Positions 15,044 through 27,959 of a DNA stretch of 64,000 nucleotides are shown here, piece after piece (position 1 is the stretch's first letter; each line of letters starts with the position of its first letter). The stretch is from positions 359,202 to 423,201 of the forward strand of contig NW_027192201.1 in the NCBI RefSeq assembly GCF_041956535.1, read 5' to 3'. This stretch comes from Calcarisporiella thermophila CBS 279.70 (lineage: Eukaryota > Fungi > Calcarisporiellomycota). A program made the translations under genes and the position numbers. Below the pieces are notes generated by a model, which ran no database searches, was not told where the DNA came from, and saw only the letters and a program-made list of their open reading frames with translations.

Positions 15044-15799
15044 ATGGTAAGAAAGAGCCAAACATCCATCCTCCCTTTATCCAGATGAGGGAGTCTATCT
15101 TTGTCTTATTTGTTTCGTGGGGGATATGTGCTTTGGAGATGACATGGCAGCATCAAAATGAGATTTTTTTCAATTTCAACAAATTGGTCCCTTTTTACAC
15201 TGTTCAATCTTTTGATGCGCGATCTATATCCTCTCCCAATGATCCATATTAATCATGTATTGTATATGCTTATGCTAGGCTCCCGTCAAGGCCTACGAAC
15301 TTCGCACTAAAAACAAGGCCGAGCTCGAGAAGCAGCTTGATGAACTCAAGCAGGAGCTCCTGAACTTGCGTGTTCAGAAGGTTGCCGGTGGTGCTGCTAG
15401 CAAGCTTACCCGGATGTAAGTTTCTCTTCTCGGTTTTATTGGTATTGTGCATGAGAGTATTCACTTTTAATGGTTCTTGACCATTTCCATTTCTTAGCCG
15501 ATCTGTCCGTAAGTCCATCGCTCGTGTCCTCACTGTCATCAGCCAGAAGCAGCGCGAGCAGACCCTCCTCTTCTACAAGGGTAAGAAGTACCTTCCCCTT
15601 GATCTTCGCACAAAGAAGACGCGGGCCATTCGCCGACGCTTGACGAAGCACGAGGCCTCTCTTAAGACCGAGCGCCAGCAGAAGAAGGAGCAACACTTCC
15701 CTCTCCGCAAATATGCTATCAAGGTAACTATGATGGACACGCCTAAACTATGAATACCTGAGTAGGGCATTAATAATTTAATCTTTTAATTAGGCTTAA
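15044..15799 (+). CDS. RPL35: 60S ribosomal protein L35 (uL29), 4 exons
   Basis: ATG-only first exon, then [34 protein letters not shown]...[10 protein letters not shown]...[16 protein letters not shown]...FPLRKYAIK|A*. Confidence 0.95.
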
Positions 15800-16022
15800 A
15801 TGTGTTTGTTCTAGAAAATAAAGTCTATACTTTTGGACTCTTTCTTCGATTTTAATCGTTTGCTTGCAAATATCTGGAAGTTTTGACAAGTATTGCATTG
15901 AACAAGGAGCAATTAAGAAAAACTTAGAGTTATTTTCCAAAAAGTTTGCTTCTTCATCTGGAGCATTTGAAAAATAAAAAAGAAGGGGCATACCATTTAC
16001 CAAAACCAAAATTTCATTTTTC

Positions 16023-16346
16023 TTATTGATACAAATGTACAATTCCGTACATCAGGGTATGAAATAGCACAAATGATAAGAGTCCACCAAACACGCCCTC
16101 CATCCAAATTTCGCGTTCTTTTTTGAAATAAAGGTCAGGTCGAAATTGACATCTTACGAACAATGCGAGCGATGATGTCAAGGCAACAATTCCATAAAAT
16201 GCAAAACCCTTCCATCCCGATAATCCAAGCACTCCAGCAGCAGATCCTGCGATCGCTGCAACAGCACTGCGTGCAAAAGTAAGATGCCGATTGTTGTACT
16301 GTACGTAAAGCTCGACGTACTGTGGTTCTCCCTTTTGAGATGACAT
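16023..16346 (-). CDS. EMC6: ER membrane protein complex subunit 6
   Basis: ~107 aa; AGSAAGVLGLSGWKGFAFY and GLLSFVLFHTLMYGIVHLY match the EMC6/Rab5ip pattern. Confidence 0.88.
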   Translation of the reverse strand: MSSQKGEPQYVELYVQYNNRHLTFARSAVAAIAGSAAGVLGLSGWKGFAFYGIVALTSSLALFVRCQFRPDLYFKKEREIWMEGVFGGLLSFVLFHTLMYGIVHLYQ

Positions 16347-17195
16347 CTCCAAAATAAAAGGATGGGAACAGTTAACGGAAAATAATTGGTGAATCGTATA
16401 CCCCTAAAATAGGTTTAAAGCAACTCTGTTGCAAATTAGGACCGTAATATTACAATTGGGAATCAACGCCTAAGAATGCCGATACCTGAGAGTATGAAAT
16501 AGCTCTACTATATCTTAACAACAGGCTAGAAAGAGGCTTATCCAAGTTGTCCGATGTTGGAGATTTTCTTTGATTGTAATTGACAGTCCCGATCTTGACT
16601 TACAGATTCGAGGAGATTCAAAATACAATAGGGAGTAGACATAGCGAAGGCCCTGTACTCCAGAATTACTTAGCTATAATACCTTCATGGCTACCTTTAA
16701 TAGGGCTCATCTTTATTAGCATTGCCATTCTCTACACTTTCGTCACCATCACACTTTTACATTACCCACATAACAAGAAAAGATAAGAGGCCACTACCAT
16801 GGAAATTTAACCGCTCTATATTAGGCATCACAAATTTTTGTTGCTAAACACTGCATTCAAAATGCAGCAAGCTACTAACCTCTGTAGAGATATGGAGAGG
16901 TTATCTTCAATTTTAAATTTTCTCATAATTTGCTAACTGTGTTGAGGTTAAGAACCACTTTAGGACGTGTCCTCTTTAGATTTGACAACTCTCTGTTGGA
17001 AATTTAGTCACTAATATCATTATTAAATTAGAATAAAATTAACCCAGTCTTTAACTATCAACAATGCTATACAATATAAATAATTTCTTAAAGAATTCCA
17101 GTCATCCTAGGAGTAGAATATTCCTCAGGGTTGGTGAAATCCTTAAAGAGATTAGAAAAAATATCAAAGAAAATTCGCAACTCAAATCTACCCAT

Positions 17196-18050
17196 TTACA
17201 TGCCGTCTGTTGCTTGTGCTTGGAGTAAACTCCTATAGTCAGTGGAGAGAGTCTTAATCTCTTCCATGATTTTATCTCTGAGCGACGCAGTGTCGATGTT
17301 AGGACGATATGGTCTTACGGTTGGCCAAGTCGTGTAAGGTCGCTTAGTGGTCGTCGACTTCTTTGTCGTGTAGGGCCCGGTAGTGGTAGGTTTGGATGTG
17401 GTGGGTTTGGATGTGGTGGGCTTTTTAGTATAGGGTGTTGTTGTGTAGGGGCCAGTAGTCTCTGATGGCTTCTTCGGTTTTTTCTTCTTAAAGATCCTGT
17501 GGAATATATCTTTGAACAGGTCGAATTTCTCCTTGATCGACTCGAGGCTCTCCTTAAACTTATTCCATTTTTGCTTTTTCTTTTCTACCTTCTTCTTGAA
17601 TTTGTCCTTCAAAAAGTCTTTAAACATCGTCAAGGGATTGTATTTTTTGAGCTTGTCGTAGGCGTCCTTGAAAAAACTAAGAGGTGAAGACGAGCCACCC
17701 TCTTTATCCTCTTTCATCTTGTCAATTTTCTTGGAAATGTCCTTCGCGATCTCGCGAGCGTTGCTGATTTTCTGCTTAAGGGTACCGGTTGGCTCCGCAC
17801 CAATAAACGTCTCAACCTTGTTGATGAACTGGATCTGCAATCGCACCTTCTTCTCCAACTCATCCACATCCTCCACTTCATCTCCATTCTCGAGTCCCCT
17901 CTGGATTAAGTCGTTGCTCTCAGCCAGTATTTCGTCCACTTCATCACGCCGAGCTTTCTGGTAAACCACATAGTTTCCATGAGGTGGCAGGGCCATCGCA
18001 CTGGCCGCCATCGATACCACCGCTGATATTACGACAATGAAAAACTTCAT
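17196..18050 (-). CDS. Secreted protein of unknown function: signal peptide, Lys-rich helices, Thr/Pro repeats
   Basis: Intronless 284-aa ORF, hydrophobic N-terminus, KARR dibasic site, repeats TTGPYTT and KPTTS. Confidence 0.75.
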   Translation of the reverse strand: MKFFIVVISAVVSMAASAMALPPHGNYVVYQKARRDEVDEILAESNDLIQRGLENGDEVEDVDELEKKVRLQIQFINKVETFIGAEPTGTLKQKISNAREIAKDISKKIDKMKEDKEGGSSSPLSFFKDAYDKLKKYNPLTMFKDFLKDKFKKKVEKKKQKWNKFKESLESIKEKFDLFKDIFHRIFKKKKPKKPSETTGPYTTTPYTKKPTTSKPTTSKPTTTGPYTTKKSTTTKRPYTTWPTVRPYRPNIDTASLRDKIMEEIKTLSTDYRSLLQAQATDGM

Positions 18051-18822
18051 GCCTTAGTTGGATTACTGATGGTGCGAAAAAAAAAAGAAAACACTGCGTT
18101 CTCAAGAAAGAGGATCGAAAAGACTATGTCCAAAATTCAACAAACATATACACGAAAAATATGCCAGTGCAACACCGGATACCCTGGAATAGAATTTGGA
18201 AGATCATACATGTCATCAGCTTATAGGGAAATAGTTTCTCTATATCGGACTATATTTCCGGACATAAACTTCAATTTTTTCTTATGACAGGGTTAGAGGT
18301 CGTCAATGCTAGGCTGGTACTAGTCGGCTATGATCCTCATCCGACAAGCCGATTGCAAGTGTTTCAGAAAAACGGTCATTGATCGTACAAAATGAGCGAA
18401 GATTTCTGCCAAAGTAGAGATTTCTCTCAATTCGATGAACCCTTGCATAAGATCATCATTGAATTCCAACGTAAGCCAAATAGTATGAGAAATATTAACT
18501 GGAGCATTATGAAATCTAACCCCGGTATTGGGTAAAGCTTGCACTACTACTTTAGATATCCCTATGTTTGTTCACTATCCAGCTCAAATGAGCGTCGGTT
18601 TTGGCCAAGTTTCTGAATAATAATAAAGTTACCAAATTCAAGGGCGAAATCTGGATACCCTTATATATCAACATAAACTGGAGTGAATATTTCCGCGCAA
18701 TGACAAATGCGACCATATCTTATATTACTAACAAAGATTTTGCTTTTATTTCATCCTCGAAAATATAGTCAACGTCTCAAAATGAACAATAAATTGGGGG
18801 TTAAAGCGAAAAGCAGGAACAT

Positions 18823-19835
18823 TTAGGCACGCGCTCCCTGCTGGGCAGCAAGGGTCTTGGCACGCTTAGCCATCATAGCCTGAGACTTGGCTCCCATAAT
18901 GCCACCACCCCAGTGACGGCGGTTCTCCTCGTATTTGTCGTTGAAGTTAGTCTTGACGGCAGACACAAGGCTAGCAAACTCTTGCTTGTCCTCCGGGCGC
19001 ACATCAACGAAGGCAAGTGCGGTAGCAGTCTTCTTGTGAACAGCTACACCCAAACGAGCCTTGTTCTTAACAATGCAGTACGGGACACCCATCTTGCGGC
19101 AGAGAGCGGGAAGCCACACAACAATTTCGATGGGGTCGACATCATCGGCAATAACGACAAGCTGAGCCTTCTTCGCCTCAATAAGAGCTGTGATGTGGTT
19201 AATACCATACTTGATCATGTAGGGCTTCTTCGACTCGGGCTCCTTGCCAGCAGCCTTGGCCTCGGCGGCAGCCTTGAGACGCTCACGCTTCTCTTGGGCG
19301 GTCTCAGGGCGGTACTTGTGCACAAGTTTGAAGAGCTGAGTGGCAGTGTTCTTGTCAAGCGTCTTGGTGAATTGATTGATCGCCGGCGGGACCTTGAGGC
19401 GCTTGCTCAGAATTCTCTTCTGGCGCTGAAGACGCACGTACTCGGGCCATTTGACGAAACGGGTCAGGTCACGAGTTGGCTGGATGTCCTGGCCTAATCA
19501 AATCAATCATAGGATATTGAATACAGACCTTGTATAGAGCCAATCGAGTGCATTATAATTACCAATGCCGAAGTTCTTGGGGCGCTTCTCGAAGAGAGGG
19601 TTCTTCGGGGCCTTGGTAGCCTGCTGCTTCTTGATGGGGTAAGGAGCAGGGGCAACTTTCTTAGCGGACTTCTTGGCCGGAGGCTAATCAACAATCAGCG
19701 ATCAATTTCGTTAGCATTAGTTCGTAAAAAAACATCTACATCTTCATTATTCACATCCATCCATCTCTAATAGATGCATCCATCTATAATCCATGGAAGT
19801 GATATAAACAAGCTTTATGAAAGATACGCTACCAT
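18823..19835 (-). CDS. RPL8: 60S ribosomal protein L8/L7a (eL8), 3 exons
   Basis: M|[14 protein letters not shown]...[14 protein letters not shown]|[39 protein letters not shown]. Confidence 0.96.
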
Positions 19836-19938
19836 GATGTTTCGCCGACTTGTCTAATAAGGGGAAGAGGAGGAAACACATCGAGCGAAGTCTTGAACGC
19901 TAAAAAATAGAGAAAATGAATGATGACGTCACAAGAGA

Positions 19939-19946
19939 CAGTCACA
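19939..19946 (-). promoter_or_regulatory. Homol-D-like box upstream of RPL8
   Basis: Exact CAGTCACA ~104 bp upstream of the ATG; this is the known fission-yeast ribosomal-protein promoter element. Confidence 0.6.
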
Positions 19947-20519
19947 AAAATTGACAAAATACTAGACCTCACTTCCATTGACAAAAAGCTCTTGCTATTA
20001 TCTAGAATATAAAGATACATAGCAATACGCAGCAATACGCAATAATAACTCTAACGACCTTGGAAAGCTGAAATAGCCTCTTCTGTATCCGTATGGAGAT
20101 ATTTGTATATTAAGCTCTATTTTAATAGGCTTAGATAACTCATCATTTCAACTCTCAATTGTCCTCTTGCCCTTTCACTACAAGCCCCCAACCGTTAATC
20201 AGATATTTTTGATTATCTCCTGACTCACATTCACTCTAGGCCGAAAGCGTCCGAAAAAACTATTTAGACCTTAAGGAGCTATAATTATTGAGCAGGCAGT
20301 ATGTTTGTATATAATATACGAAGGATTTAATCTTTTTTCCTGCTTTGCTTTGTCTAAATGGGGTAATGCTTGTTGATATTATCCAAAATTCCACCAATTA
20401 TCCGGAAACATTACTAACATGTTAAACTTAATGAATAAATATATTAGATATATTACAATTTGCAAACCGCTCGACTGCTGTTGACTTTACTTAAAATTTG
20501 TCCTTTTCACTCCTAAAAC

Positions 20520-21477
20520 ATGCATCACGCCCTGGCAAGAGCGATATTCCATTTTCTCGGTGTACGAAATTCCAAACACAAGGCGAATCCTCCAACATGG
20601 GTTGTATTAATTTATACATTCATCGGATCTTTTGCGGCAATAGCCGTAATCATTCTGATGTCTACGTTAAGCAATGAATTCAGACAACTAGGGGCTCCAA
20701 ATATTGTTGCAAGCTTCGTGAGTAGCTTTCTTTTCTTTTGGTATTGTAAATGCTCACCGGTATTTTTTATTTATTATAAAAAGGCCGCCAGTGCTGTTTT
20801 AGTCTATGGAGTAATCGATTCACCCTTAGCGCAGCCCAGGAACCTTAGTAAGTTCAAAAAATGGAATCAAAACTTATGTTGCGACCATATAACCTATACC
20901 AATCTTTTCTCCTTAGTTGGCGGACATTTTGTTGCTGCAATTATCGGCGTATCTATCGAAAAGCTTTTTAACCTCTCACCCAAGCACGAATCTCTTATAT
21001 GGCTCTCAGCCGCTTTATCGGTTGCAATTTCCATCGTCGTTATGATAGTTTTAAAGATTACGCACCCTCCAGCTGGTCTATTTACTTCTTTGTTGAAGTC
21101 ATATGATTCATACAAACTAAATACATTGTATATGAATAGGCGCAACCTCAATGATCCCAATTGTCGGAGGGCAAACATACCGTAATCTTGGATATTGGTA
21201 TGTCCTTATTGTTATAGCAGAAGCTGCAATTATGTTGGCAGTTGCTCTTCTGGTCAACAACTTACAAAGAAGATATCCGAGTTATTGGTGGATTCCATCG
21301 CCATCACCTCCACCACCTCCTCCCCAAGTACCTACTTGTTCCTGCAAATGCGTATGCAAAATTGAAGTTTTGGGAAAGGAAGAGAAACCTCAGTATATAG
21401 ACATTGAGATAGATGAAACTGAAGATGTTAAAAATAATAATCACCAAATATCTCATAATATCCAAATTCCCCAATAG
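20520..21477 (+). CDS. HPP-family membrane protein
   Basis: ASF|AASAVLVYG..SPLAQPRN, GGHFVAA, ITHPPAGA motifs. Confidence 0.88.
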
Positions 21478-21941
21478 AACAATTTATTTATTTACTCTTG
21501 TAAATTACAGATTTACTATGTATAAGATCTATATAATTCAATAAAGAGACTGGGAGCGCAGCAACCAGACTAACTATGTACAATTACTTTTTTTTTCAAC
21601 CGTTTTATGCATATTGGAGGGCACATTGCAGTAGTTAAGACATGCTTCTCGCGATTTTTCTATTAAGAATATTTTAACAGCGTAATAGGTACATTCTAGT
21701 CAGTCTATATTTCTGCGTTCAAAACATTTAATCTTAGCGCTATCAATATGAACCTTTTGTTGTAAAGTTTGCTGTGTTTTACACTTACTGTGATTTCATA
21801 ATGAAATATATGGCCAATTTTTGGATAAAAAGGAGCGACAATTCTGTCACTGATAATATCCGTTGCAGCCACAAATAATGCCCTATTTAAATAGGTAATG
21901 AATAAGGAATACTAGTATTCAGCAATAATTAGAATAATATA

Positions 21942-23873
21942 ATGACAACAACAAAACGGGAAGAACACAACTACATATCTCTCATTGAATCAAAAGAACA
22001 AGATGCGCAAGATTCTCGTGACAAATCACGAAAACGAAAGAGAAGCGAGATAGAGGAGAAACTCCGTGGAGAGATGCCATGGTTAAAGGGCAAAGATTAT
22101 TATAAATGTGGGAGTTTTGCGAGAAGGTTTTTGACATTGTAGAATAGTTAACTTGCTAAACACTTGGGCTGATCTGATCTTTACTTAAAGATTGCATCAA
22201 GAAGTTTTGGATTTGGTTCAATACCTGAGCCCAACCCCTGAGGAACATGTTATGCGTCGTTTGGTAGTCGAACGCGTTCGACAGGTGGTTCACAATTGGT
22301 GTCCCGAAGCTTTCATCATGTGCTTTGGAAGCTACGACACCCAGCTCTATTTGCCGACAAGGTAAGATTAGAAGAAGTTAGTATTTCACCACAGATCTGA
22401 TAATATTCTATTTCACGCTAAAGTGACTTGGATTTGGTGATGTATAATGCAAACTCTATATCGACTAAACCCGTAGAAATGCTGAAAAGCCTGGCCGAAG
22501 CATTAGTTAATGAAGATATAATGGAGGGGAATGTCACAGTTGTCGATAAAGCAAGAGTAGATAGATAGCGTTTATATATTCTATATTGCGATTACTCACA
22601 TTTGAATGCTAGGTACCTATCATCAAGTTTAGAGAAAAATATACGGGAATTTGCGTTGACATTTCCTGTGAGATTGTCTCGGGTCTCGACGGTGCTCGTA
22701 TCGTTAAAGATTTTCTTGGTTCCACTCCCGCACTCCGTCCCCTCACCTTATTGATCAAGCATTACCTTGTCCAGCGTTCAATGAACGAAGTATTTCTTGG
22801 CGGCCTTGGTAGCTATGCCGTTTTATGTATGGTGATGAGTTTTCTACAGCTTCATCCTATTGTACAATCGGGCTTTATTCAGGCGGAGGAGAACTTAGGA
22901 GTATTGTTACTGGAATTTTTTGAACTTTACGGACAGTATTTCAATTACGATAGGGTGGGGATAAGACTAACCAATCGTGGGTCATATTTTCAAAAGGTGA
23001 GAAATATATCAAACTCGATTATTTATTGACACACTTAACAGTGACTTTTCGGTTGGTAGTCAAAAACTCTGCAGGATATGGAAAAGAGAAGAGAGAAAAT
23101 CTTGCTAACTATCTTAGATCCACAAGACCCTTGTGAGTATTCATACATATTTGGTTTTGGTTTATTACTTTTTTCGCCTTTATAACTTCGATTGTTTTTT
23201 AGCAAATGATATCGCCAAAGGTACATATCACATAATCCAAATCCGCAAGAGTTTTGCCATCGCGTATGAGATTATAACTGCTGCGATATTTCAAGTTTAT
23301 GGTGCGCAATCCTCTTTGTCAGCCGAAAATATTGCACAGTCTGTTCCAGAAGAGGCTCGTCAAACTGGCTCAATCCTTGGAGCGGTATTCAGAATTCCAC
23401 CTGACGTTATGCAGAACCGAGCTCAAATACTTGAGGCCTACCAAGCCGGTTCATTGCATCAAGCAGTAGGTGTGACTTATAGTGATGAACCAAAATTACT
23501 CAATACGGCAGTAAATGATGAAGCAATGGTTACATCTTTGCTTCAATCACGCGGAACGAATGTACGCATTGATAAAACGTTGCTTGAGGATGATACCGCC
23601 GCAGGACGGGAAGCTCAAAGTGAGGAAAGATCTAAAAAATTACATTTATCGGATACAATGCAAGATAGAAGAGAGAATAAAAATAGAGTGGCAGGCGAGG
23701 TGGGGGAAATGCAAGAGTTGAGAAGGATAGGCGTGACAGTTAAAGTGGGAGATAATTTAGCAGATGTGGCGCGATTAGACAAAACTATTATTGGTAAGTC
23801 TCATGAGGATGAAAATGAGATCCCACCAGAATATAATACCGAAGAGAGCAAAATAGAGAGCAAGGAGAATTAA
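21942..23873 (+). CDS. Non-canonical poly(A) polymerase Trf4/Pap2/Cid14 (TENT4) family
   Basis: FGSYDTQLYLPTSDLDLV catalytic motif, ARVPIIKF, NEVFLGGLGSYA, NLGVLLLEFFELYG, DPQDP.NDI. Confidence 0.9.
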
Positions 23874-24248
23874 ATGCATATATGCTCAAAATTTTTCATG
23901 TTTTGATAATGACACTATAGTGTAATTTTAGTAACCATAGAATATTTCACAATAAAGATTTTACTATATAATTGGTATGACTCAAATGTAGGTTAGCTTG
24001 GAAAATTTATGCTTACGGACCCGTTAAAGGTCTATTTGTTTTAAAGTAGAGACTAGTATTGAACTGGAAAACGATAAATCTTAATCATACCAAATATAAT
24101 TGCCCGACAATTTCCCCGCATATTAAATTCTACTTTCAACTTGCGGAAATTCAACTAACAGACCGAGATCTATTTAATCTAAAATCAACAGTTCATCTTT
24201 TTCTCAATTCATTTTACCTATCATGTTTTCAGTTGAAATTTTACGGCT

Positions 24249-24993
24249 ATGACACATCGTTTTTATCCTCTTTTCGTTCTGCTAATCTTAGCTGTTCTTG
24301 GTGCATATGGCTGTGAACAAGAATGTCGAGATGCGATCAACCATGTGTTTGCGGACAATTATACACCAAAAATAAAAGAGGAATTTTCAATACTCTACGG
24401 AGAATTAAATAGCACTATATCGACAGATCCTCATTATTTAGAGTTATTGCAAGCGATTACTGTTGGTAGGTGATAAACTTCGTAAGATATAATAAAAAGA
24501 TTAAAGTTAATTAAACACCTTTGCAAAAGCTCTTAATGATATACAGGATAATATCGCTATCGGCCTTGTAAAAATGATGGATAAATCAGTTTGTAAGTAC
24601 TATTTTTTATTAATATCACTTTTCCGTATTTTAATTCGTAGATCTTATATATTAGTTTCCAAATACAAAGGCCACTGCGACTGGGCACCTGGAGAAGTGT
24701 GTGGTTCTCCTGTCTCTGTCTCCTATTTCGTTCTTGATGCTTTAAATTTAACACGCAGCGCCATCAAAAATGAGCTTAAGAACGGCGCAGAACCAAATGG
24801 TAGATATGCATCAGCGATATTTACTGCTGTAATAGAAGTAACTGGTAGCGAATACCACGTTGAAGAACTTCAAGATGGCGTCAATTACGCGCTAGAAAAA
24901 TTTAGAATAGATGTAGATGAACATTTCTGCGAAGTAGGTTGTTGGGATAATTGGGTACCTAACATAAGGAAGATACTCGCGCAGTATCCATGA
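24249..24993 (+). CDS. Small secreted Cys-containing protein, unknown function (3 exons)
   Basis: Signal peptide ending AYG|C; six Cys (CEQEC, HCDW, VCGSP, FCEVGCW); GT-AG introns keep the frame. Confidence 0.7.
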
Positions 24994-25649
24994 TAATTCA
25001 ACTTGGATATTTCATTACTTGAACTTTCTCTCATCTGGGCTATCTCACCTCATCTCTTTTCCTGAATAGACTCACTTTTTATCTCTTTATAACTATTATT
25101 ATTTAGGTTATTCCCTTTCATGTTATTTCTAGCTCACTTTTATCATATGTACAGCGTATGAAAACCATGTAGTTTCAAATATGTTTTCTCCCTTGTATAT
25201 TATCATGCTTATACAGACATAAACTGATATAATTTGTTAATTATAATTTATGGTTGGGTTTTCTCTCTGACTATTCATAGACTTAAACACTGAATTTAAA
25301 ATTTTGGAGGAAAAGTTTGGGCTCACATCAATATAAATTTATATATCAGAAGAAGTATGCAAAAGATTCGCTTTAAATCAAAATCTGATACAGTTATTTT
25401 AGACATATTAAAATTGGACTTTTTTTTTTATTTATCAGACCCATTGTCCTTTTATACCTCAAAACATTAAAAAACGAGGCTGTTGTAAAACTATTATTCT
25501 ATCCTACGCTCTCGATTTTTTTTTTCCCCTTGGTATGTATTATTTTAACATCCACTTGATGATTTTTATCTGAAGGGAATGGAAGGGTAGACTTCTACGT
25601 CAAAATCACCCAGGTACTGCCCCTGGCCTCCCATCCTGCGCACTCGAAT

Positions 25650-26322
25650 TTTTTTTTTTATCAATCGACGGAGACTTTTATTAGTTTCCGTAGCTTACAA
25701 GAGTTAATGATTACAATAAAAGAAGAAAGGGGGGGAATAAAGGGGTGGGGATATAGTTGGGTGGCAAGGTGGAACTTAGGTTTTGACAATTTATGTTAGC
25801 CCAGAAAGGGAGAGAAGAGAAGAAAGCAAAGAAACGCAAGGGGGTAAGAACATAGAGCAAGGTGATGAACGTGGAGTAAGGGAATAAAGGGTAGATTAGA
25901 TGTATATAGTGATCGGGTATTTGGTGAAAAATATGAAATAAAGAGGAGAGGAGGTAGGGAGAGAGGAAGGGTTGCTCCGTCACTCCAGTTTTAGTTTTGC
26001 TCTATCCGAACTTTCTATTACCGCTCCCTGACTGCACCACCTTCTTCGGAATAACTCTATCTCTCGTCTTTTTCGTGCCTTTATCAGTTCAGCTCCGATA
26101 GTCTCCTCGATGTCCATTTTGGCACGGACGATGATTGTCTCGGGTGACGCTCGAATGCATTCGAAGTGGTAGGCGATTCAGTCCCGATAGATTTGCCATA
26201 ACACCGAATCGAAGACGATTTGAGCCGTGTGTCTTACTGTCCTCGGGGCTTCTGGTAGGTCGCCAAGTACGAGGTTCCTGGGGCTCAGCACCTGAGTGTT
26301 TAGGGGGTCTGAGATGGTGTTG
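25650..26322 (-). mobile_element. 5'-truncated non-LTR retrotransposon (L1/Tx1-like ORF2 C-terminus, 3'UTR, poly(A))
   Basis: Poly-T at ~25649-25659 with TTTATT (AATAAA on the minus strand) nearby. Flanking direct repeat CACTCGAAT at ~25641 and ~26330. Degenerate minus-strand frame ...VLWQIYRD*IAYHF...LFRRRWC...LE* ends at 25980. Confidence 0.75.
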
Positions 26323-26329
26323 ATCCTCT

Positions 26330-26393
26330 CACTCGAATACCTTGTGACTGTCAAAATTACTTGTTCATAATAAAAACCAATTTTCTCGTAACA
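26330..26393. mobile_element. Right end of solo-LTR-like element A (left boundary uncertain; interrupted by the non-LTR insertion)
   Basis: Ends AAAAACCAATTTTCTCGTAACA, homologous to the ends of elements D and E; followed by AGTC. Confidence 0.65.
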
Positions 26394-26397
26394 AGTC

Positions 26398-26645
26398 TGT
26401 CATAAACTAGAGCGATATAACTAGGGGATGCTCGGGGAACATAGATAAAACTATAGGTTTATTCAAGAACAAGGCGTGTATGTTGGAAGTTCTCATTAGA
26501 GTGTTCCTTTTATACTATAAGATATAATAACTATATAACCTGTTAACTAATAAAGCTAATGAATACTGGTTTATAACTAGTTCCTAATTAATGTCGGAGC
26601 TTGAATATCGTTGGAATAGCTTGATATGTGACTCGACTTATGACA
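26398..26645. mobile_element. Solo-LTR-like element B (248 bp)
   Basis: TGTCATAA...TTATGACA termini; AGTC on both sides. Confidence 0.8.
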
Positions 26646-26649
26646 AGTC

Positions 26650-27068
26650 TGTTACGTGGGTTTTGGGGTTTATCGTGAATATTTTTGCGTAAAGAAAACA
26701 ATTGAAAGATTTTCTTGAAAAAAATAAGACAATAAATTTCAAGACTATTACTCAATATAAAAAAACTAATCCGCCTCCCCGTTCACTCACGCTTGAATCT
26801 CTTCTTATATAACAAAATTAAACTAAATAGAACGAACCGATTAAACAACTGGTTAAACGAACTGAATAGACAAACTGGTTAAACAACTAGTTTAACAAAA
26901 CAGAACAAACTTGAATAAAATTTTCAAAGCGCTAGTAATTTGCCGAAAGGTTATTATGGTAACAAAAACTAATTGTGCATAAAGTTAAAGAAGAAAAGAA
27001 GTATTTTTTTTTGGCTTGTAGTGGCGCAGTTATGACTGTCTGTACGAAATACCGATATTCCCGTAACA
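26650..27068. mobile_element. Solo-LTR-like element C (419 bp)
   Basis: TGTTACG...CGTAACA termini; AGTC on both sides; internal short repeats (AACTGGTTAAAC). Confidence 0.8.
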
Positions 27069-27405
27069 AGTCTGTTACGGGCGAAAGGAGGTTTGTGCGG
27101 AGGGGTATCCGGATCTTAATAATAAAAATAAGAGATTGGTCTTAATTATTCAGGGAATTGGTGTTGAACATTAAAATAAACCGAAGGGTTTAAATAGAAT
27201 TGTGATCAAAGGAGAATAATTCTCACTGGTGTTCAAGGATGAGATAGATAAGACAACAAAGTATCAATCAACATCAATAAGATAGCCATGAGGGAGTATA
27301 AGAGTAACCACGAGGGCGGCGAGTAACCACGAGGGGTCGGCAACGTAGCGGTAATCAATTCCATTGGCTACCCTACTTGAAAGATATCGCGCTTTCTGAA
27401 TGTCT

Positions 27406-27536
27406 ATTTTTTTTGATCAATGCCGAGTCTTTATTGTATAGGAAGACTCTAAAATATAATTGTTACATTATTATAAGCAATAAAGTGAAAGGGAAGCCAA
27501 AGTTAAAGCTTTGTGTGATATCGTAGATCGAAATGA
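27406..27536 (-). mobile_element. Very short 5'-truncated poly(A) retroelement 3' end inside element D
   Basis: Poly-T, then GATCAATGCCGAGTCTTTATT; flanked by the 15-bp direct repeat GCTTTCTGAATGTCT (27391-27405 and 27537-27551). Confidence 0.7.
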
Positions 27537-27566
27537 GCTTTCTGAATGTCTTATTTTTTTTTTTTG

Positions 27567-27959
27567 NNNNNNNNNNNNNNNNNNNNNNNNNNNNNNNNNN
27601 NNNNNNNNNNNNNNNNNNNNNNNNNNNNNNNNNNNNNNNNNNNNNNNNNNNNNNNNNNNNNNNNNNNNNNNNNNNNNNNNNNNNNNNNNNNNNNNNNNNN
27701 NNNNNNNNNNNNNNNNNNNNNNNNNNNNNNNNNNNNNNNNNNNNNNNNNNNNNNNNNNNNNNNNNNNNNNNNNNNNNNNNNNNNNNNNNNNNNNNNNNNN
27801 NNNNNNNNNNNNNNNNNNNNNNNNNNNNNNNNNNNNNNNNNNNNNNNNNNNNNNNNNNNNNNNNNNNNNNNNNNNNNNNNNNNNNNNNNNNNNNNNNNNN
27901 NNNNNNNNNNNNNNNNNNNNNNNNNNNNNNNNNNNNNNNNNNNNNNNNNNNNNNNNNNN
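27567..27959. other. Assembly gap (N run), probably holding another poly(A) retroelement
   Basis: Preceded by the target repeat plus poly-T-G; followed by a third copy of GCTTTCTGAATGTCT at 27960-27974. Confidence 0.8.

Noticed and set aside
15724-15793. C/D snoRNA in the last RPL35 intron (ATGATG...CTGA)
   Set aside because: Only ~30 nt between the boxes; too short.
18913-19497. 194-aa ORF antisense to RPL8, and similar antisense ORFs over WDR62, RPL35, Whi3 and SEC63
   Set aside because: Shadow frames produced by codon bias on the coding strand.
25477-25487. AGGC-TGTTGT as the left boundary of LTR A
   Set aside because: It mismatches both the AGTC spacer and the GTAACA terminus; not enough support to call.
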